64,000 bases of DNA from Candidatus Heimdallarchaeota archaeon (GTDB lineage: Archaea; Asgardarchaeota; Heimdallarchaeia; JABLTI01), in the NCBI GenBank assembly GCA_018238155.1, contig JABCTZ010000022.1, positions 1 through 64,000 of the forward strand, written 5' to 3'. Numbering within the stretch: the first letter of the stretch is position 1; the number at the start of each line of letters is the position of its first letter. The position numbers and the translations under genes are program-made. Positions 62,821-64,000 of this stretch are shown piece after piece. Under the pieces are notes generated by a model that did no database searches, was not told the origin of the DNA, and was given only the letters and a program-made list of their open reading frames with translations.

Positions 62821-63693
62821 CTATTGGTTTTGCAATAAAATCTCGATAATCTGATTGTCCTTTTGTTGCAATATATTCACTATAATCATCTTGAACTGTT
62901 TGTGAATCTCGATAAGCATCAATATCATTTTTTTTGTTGGTGGAATTGTTTGTGTATAATCTTGTTGAACTTGTGTAGCTTCTTCTGGATTGCGTCTAAG
63001 TAATCCAGTTGCTTGAATACCAAGCCAGGGTCTCGCTCTACTCTTCAATGAAAAATTTCTCATCGGTTTAACAACTAAGTTCCCGATACGAACTTTAGCA
63101 TCTATTTTTGATTTATTTGATTTGGCAATAATTTTATCGTTCAGGATCATCTCTACATGCCATTTTTCTCTGTCATCATTCTCGTATTGAAAATTAACAA
63201 TCTGTTTTGTATCAAATTGTATTTGTGTTTCAAAAGACCATTCATTTTTATCTTCTGCAGTGAATTCAACGATTTGGCTTTCATTGATTATAAAAGTATG
63301 ATTTACTCCGTTTTCTTCTTGCTTTGATTGAACGAAAACATTATCATCTCGTGCTGTGAAAATCTTTTCTATCCATTGACCGCCTTGTGGTCTAACTGAA
63401 AATGTGTAAGTTTCATCTTGGAACAAATTAGTTAATTGATATGTTTTTGCTTGAATTTTTTCCGCAATATTCAAATTGAACCCTTTTACTAGAACATCAA
63501 AACTATCAACAATATTTGATTTCCAAGTTATTAGTGCTGAATCACTTGTTGGTTTGATTTGTAGATTAGTGATTGCACTTTCTTCTTGTTGATTTTTGAA
63601 AAATCGTCCTGTAAATCTATTATTTTTTAAATTTTGAAATTTCTCTTTTTTACTCGCAACTATTTTTATTTTTGCATTTATCCTTTCTGTCAT
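62821..63693 (-). CDS. Hypothetical protein with an FN3-like domain
   Basis: ITNLQI.PTSDSALITW...YQLTNL.QDETYTFSVR; GAGG upstream. Confidence 0.6.
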   Translation of the reverse strand: MTERINAKIKIVASKKEKFQNLKNNRFTGRFFKNQQEESAITNLQIKPTSDSALITWKSNIVDSFDVLVKGFNLNIAEKIQAKTYQLTNLFQDETYTFSVRPQGGQWIEKIFTARDDNVFVQSKQEENGVNHTFIINESQIVEFTAEDKNEWSFETQIQFDTKQIVNFQYENDDREKWHVEMILNDKIIAKSNKSKIDAKVRIGNLVVKPMRNFSLKSRARPWLGIQATGLLRRNPEEATQVQQDYTQTIPPTKKMILMLIEIHKQFKMIIVNILQQKDNQIIEILLQNQ

Positions 63694-64000
63694 TTTTTGT
63701 TTTACCTCTCATATAAATTTGAAAGGGATAGAAAGAAAGCACATTTTGGAGGAATGTTTAAAAAATTATTTAAGCGAAATCTCCCTACCCCAAATCAGCA
63801 TAATTATTTAAATTGCAATATCCAACAAATGAATTGTTGCACTTTTTGGTCGCCCATCTCCAATAGCGAATGTCTTTTCCGCTTGCGTTATCTGTTTTGT
63901 ATGACCAAAATTCATTGTTCTTGTTTCGGCAATTCCTGAACGAATTTTGTTAATGATCTGACCTTGACCGATTTGCATCTGTCCAACTTGCATTCTTCTA

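Noticed and set aside
1-64000. Genome-wide TAG reassignment
   Set aside because: Conserved genes end at TAG at their expected lengths, and long core genes have no internal TAG.

Overview
AT-rich archaeal chromosome segment, most likely an Asgard (Heimdallarchaeia-like) genome. This is inferred from a roadblock/LC7 protein, an Arf-like GTPase, a membrane-longin-like fusion, an archaeal pilin signal and an intron-containing tRNA. Housekeeping genes sit at 2.5-8.7 kb and 38.4-61 kb (GGPP synthase, GDPD, translin, ribL, ppdK, sfsA, sdhAB, fba, glmS, glyA). Between them is a ~30 kb accessory region built on two repeated insertion targets. (1) A minus-strand tRNA-Lys(CTT) carries two related 31-nt introns. 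Its 3' end recurs five more times downstream, and the copies delimit four ~0.9-kb toxin-antitoxin cassettes and one 1.6-kb cassette. (2) The last ~321 bp of ppdK occur twice more, bounding a 3-kb secreted-protein cassette and a ~16.5-kb element. That element encodes a 1212-aa multidomain Cas1-like protein, a DEAD/DUF1998 helicase, a metallophosphoesterase, and NYN, EEP, HEAT-CHAT, LAGLIDADG and PD-(D/E)xK proteins. No CRISPR array, cas2, DNA polymerase B, transposase or tyrosine/serine integrase was recognised. The leading hypothesis, which is inference, is a Cas1-like-integrase-associated system that inserts gene cassettes by duplicating gene 3' ends. The last 3 kb look like the edge of a provirus or other element.
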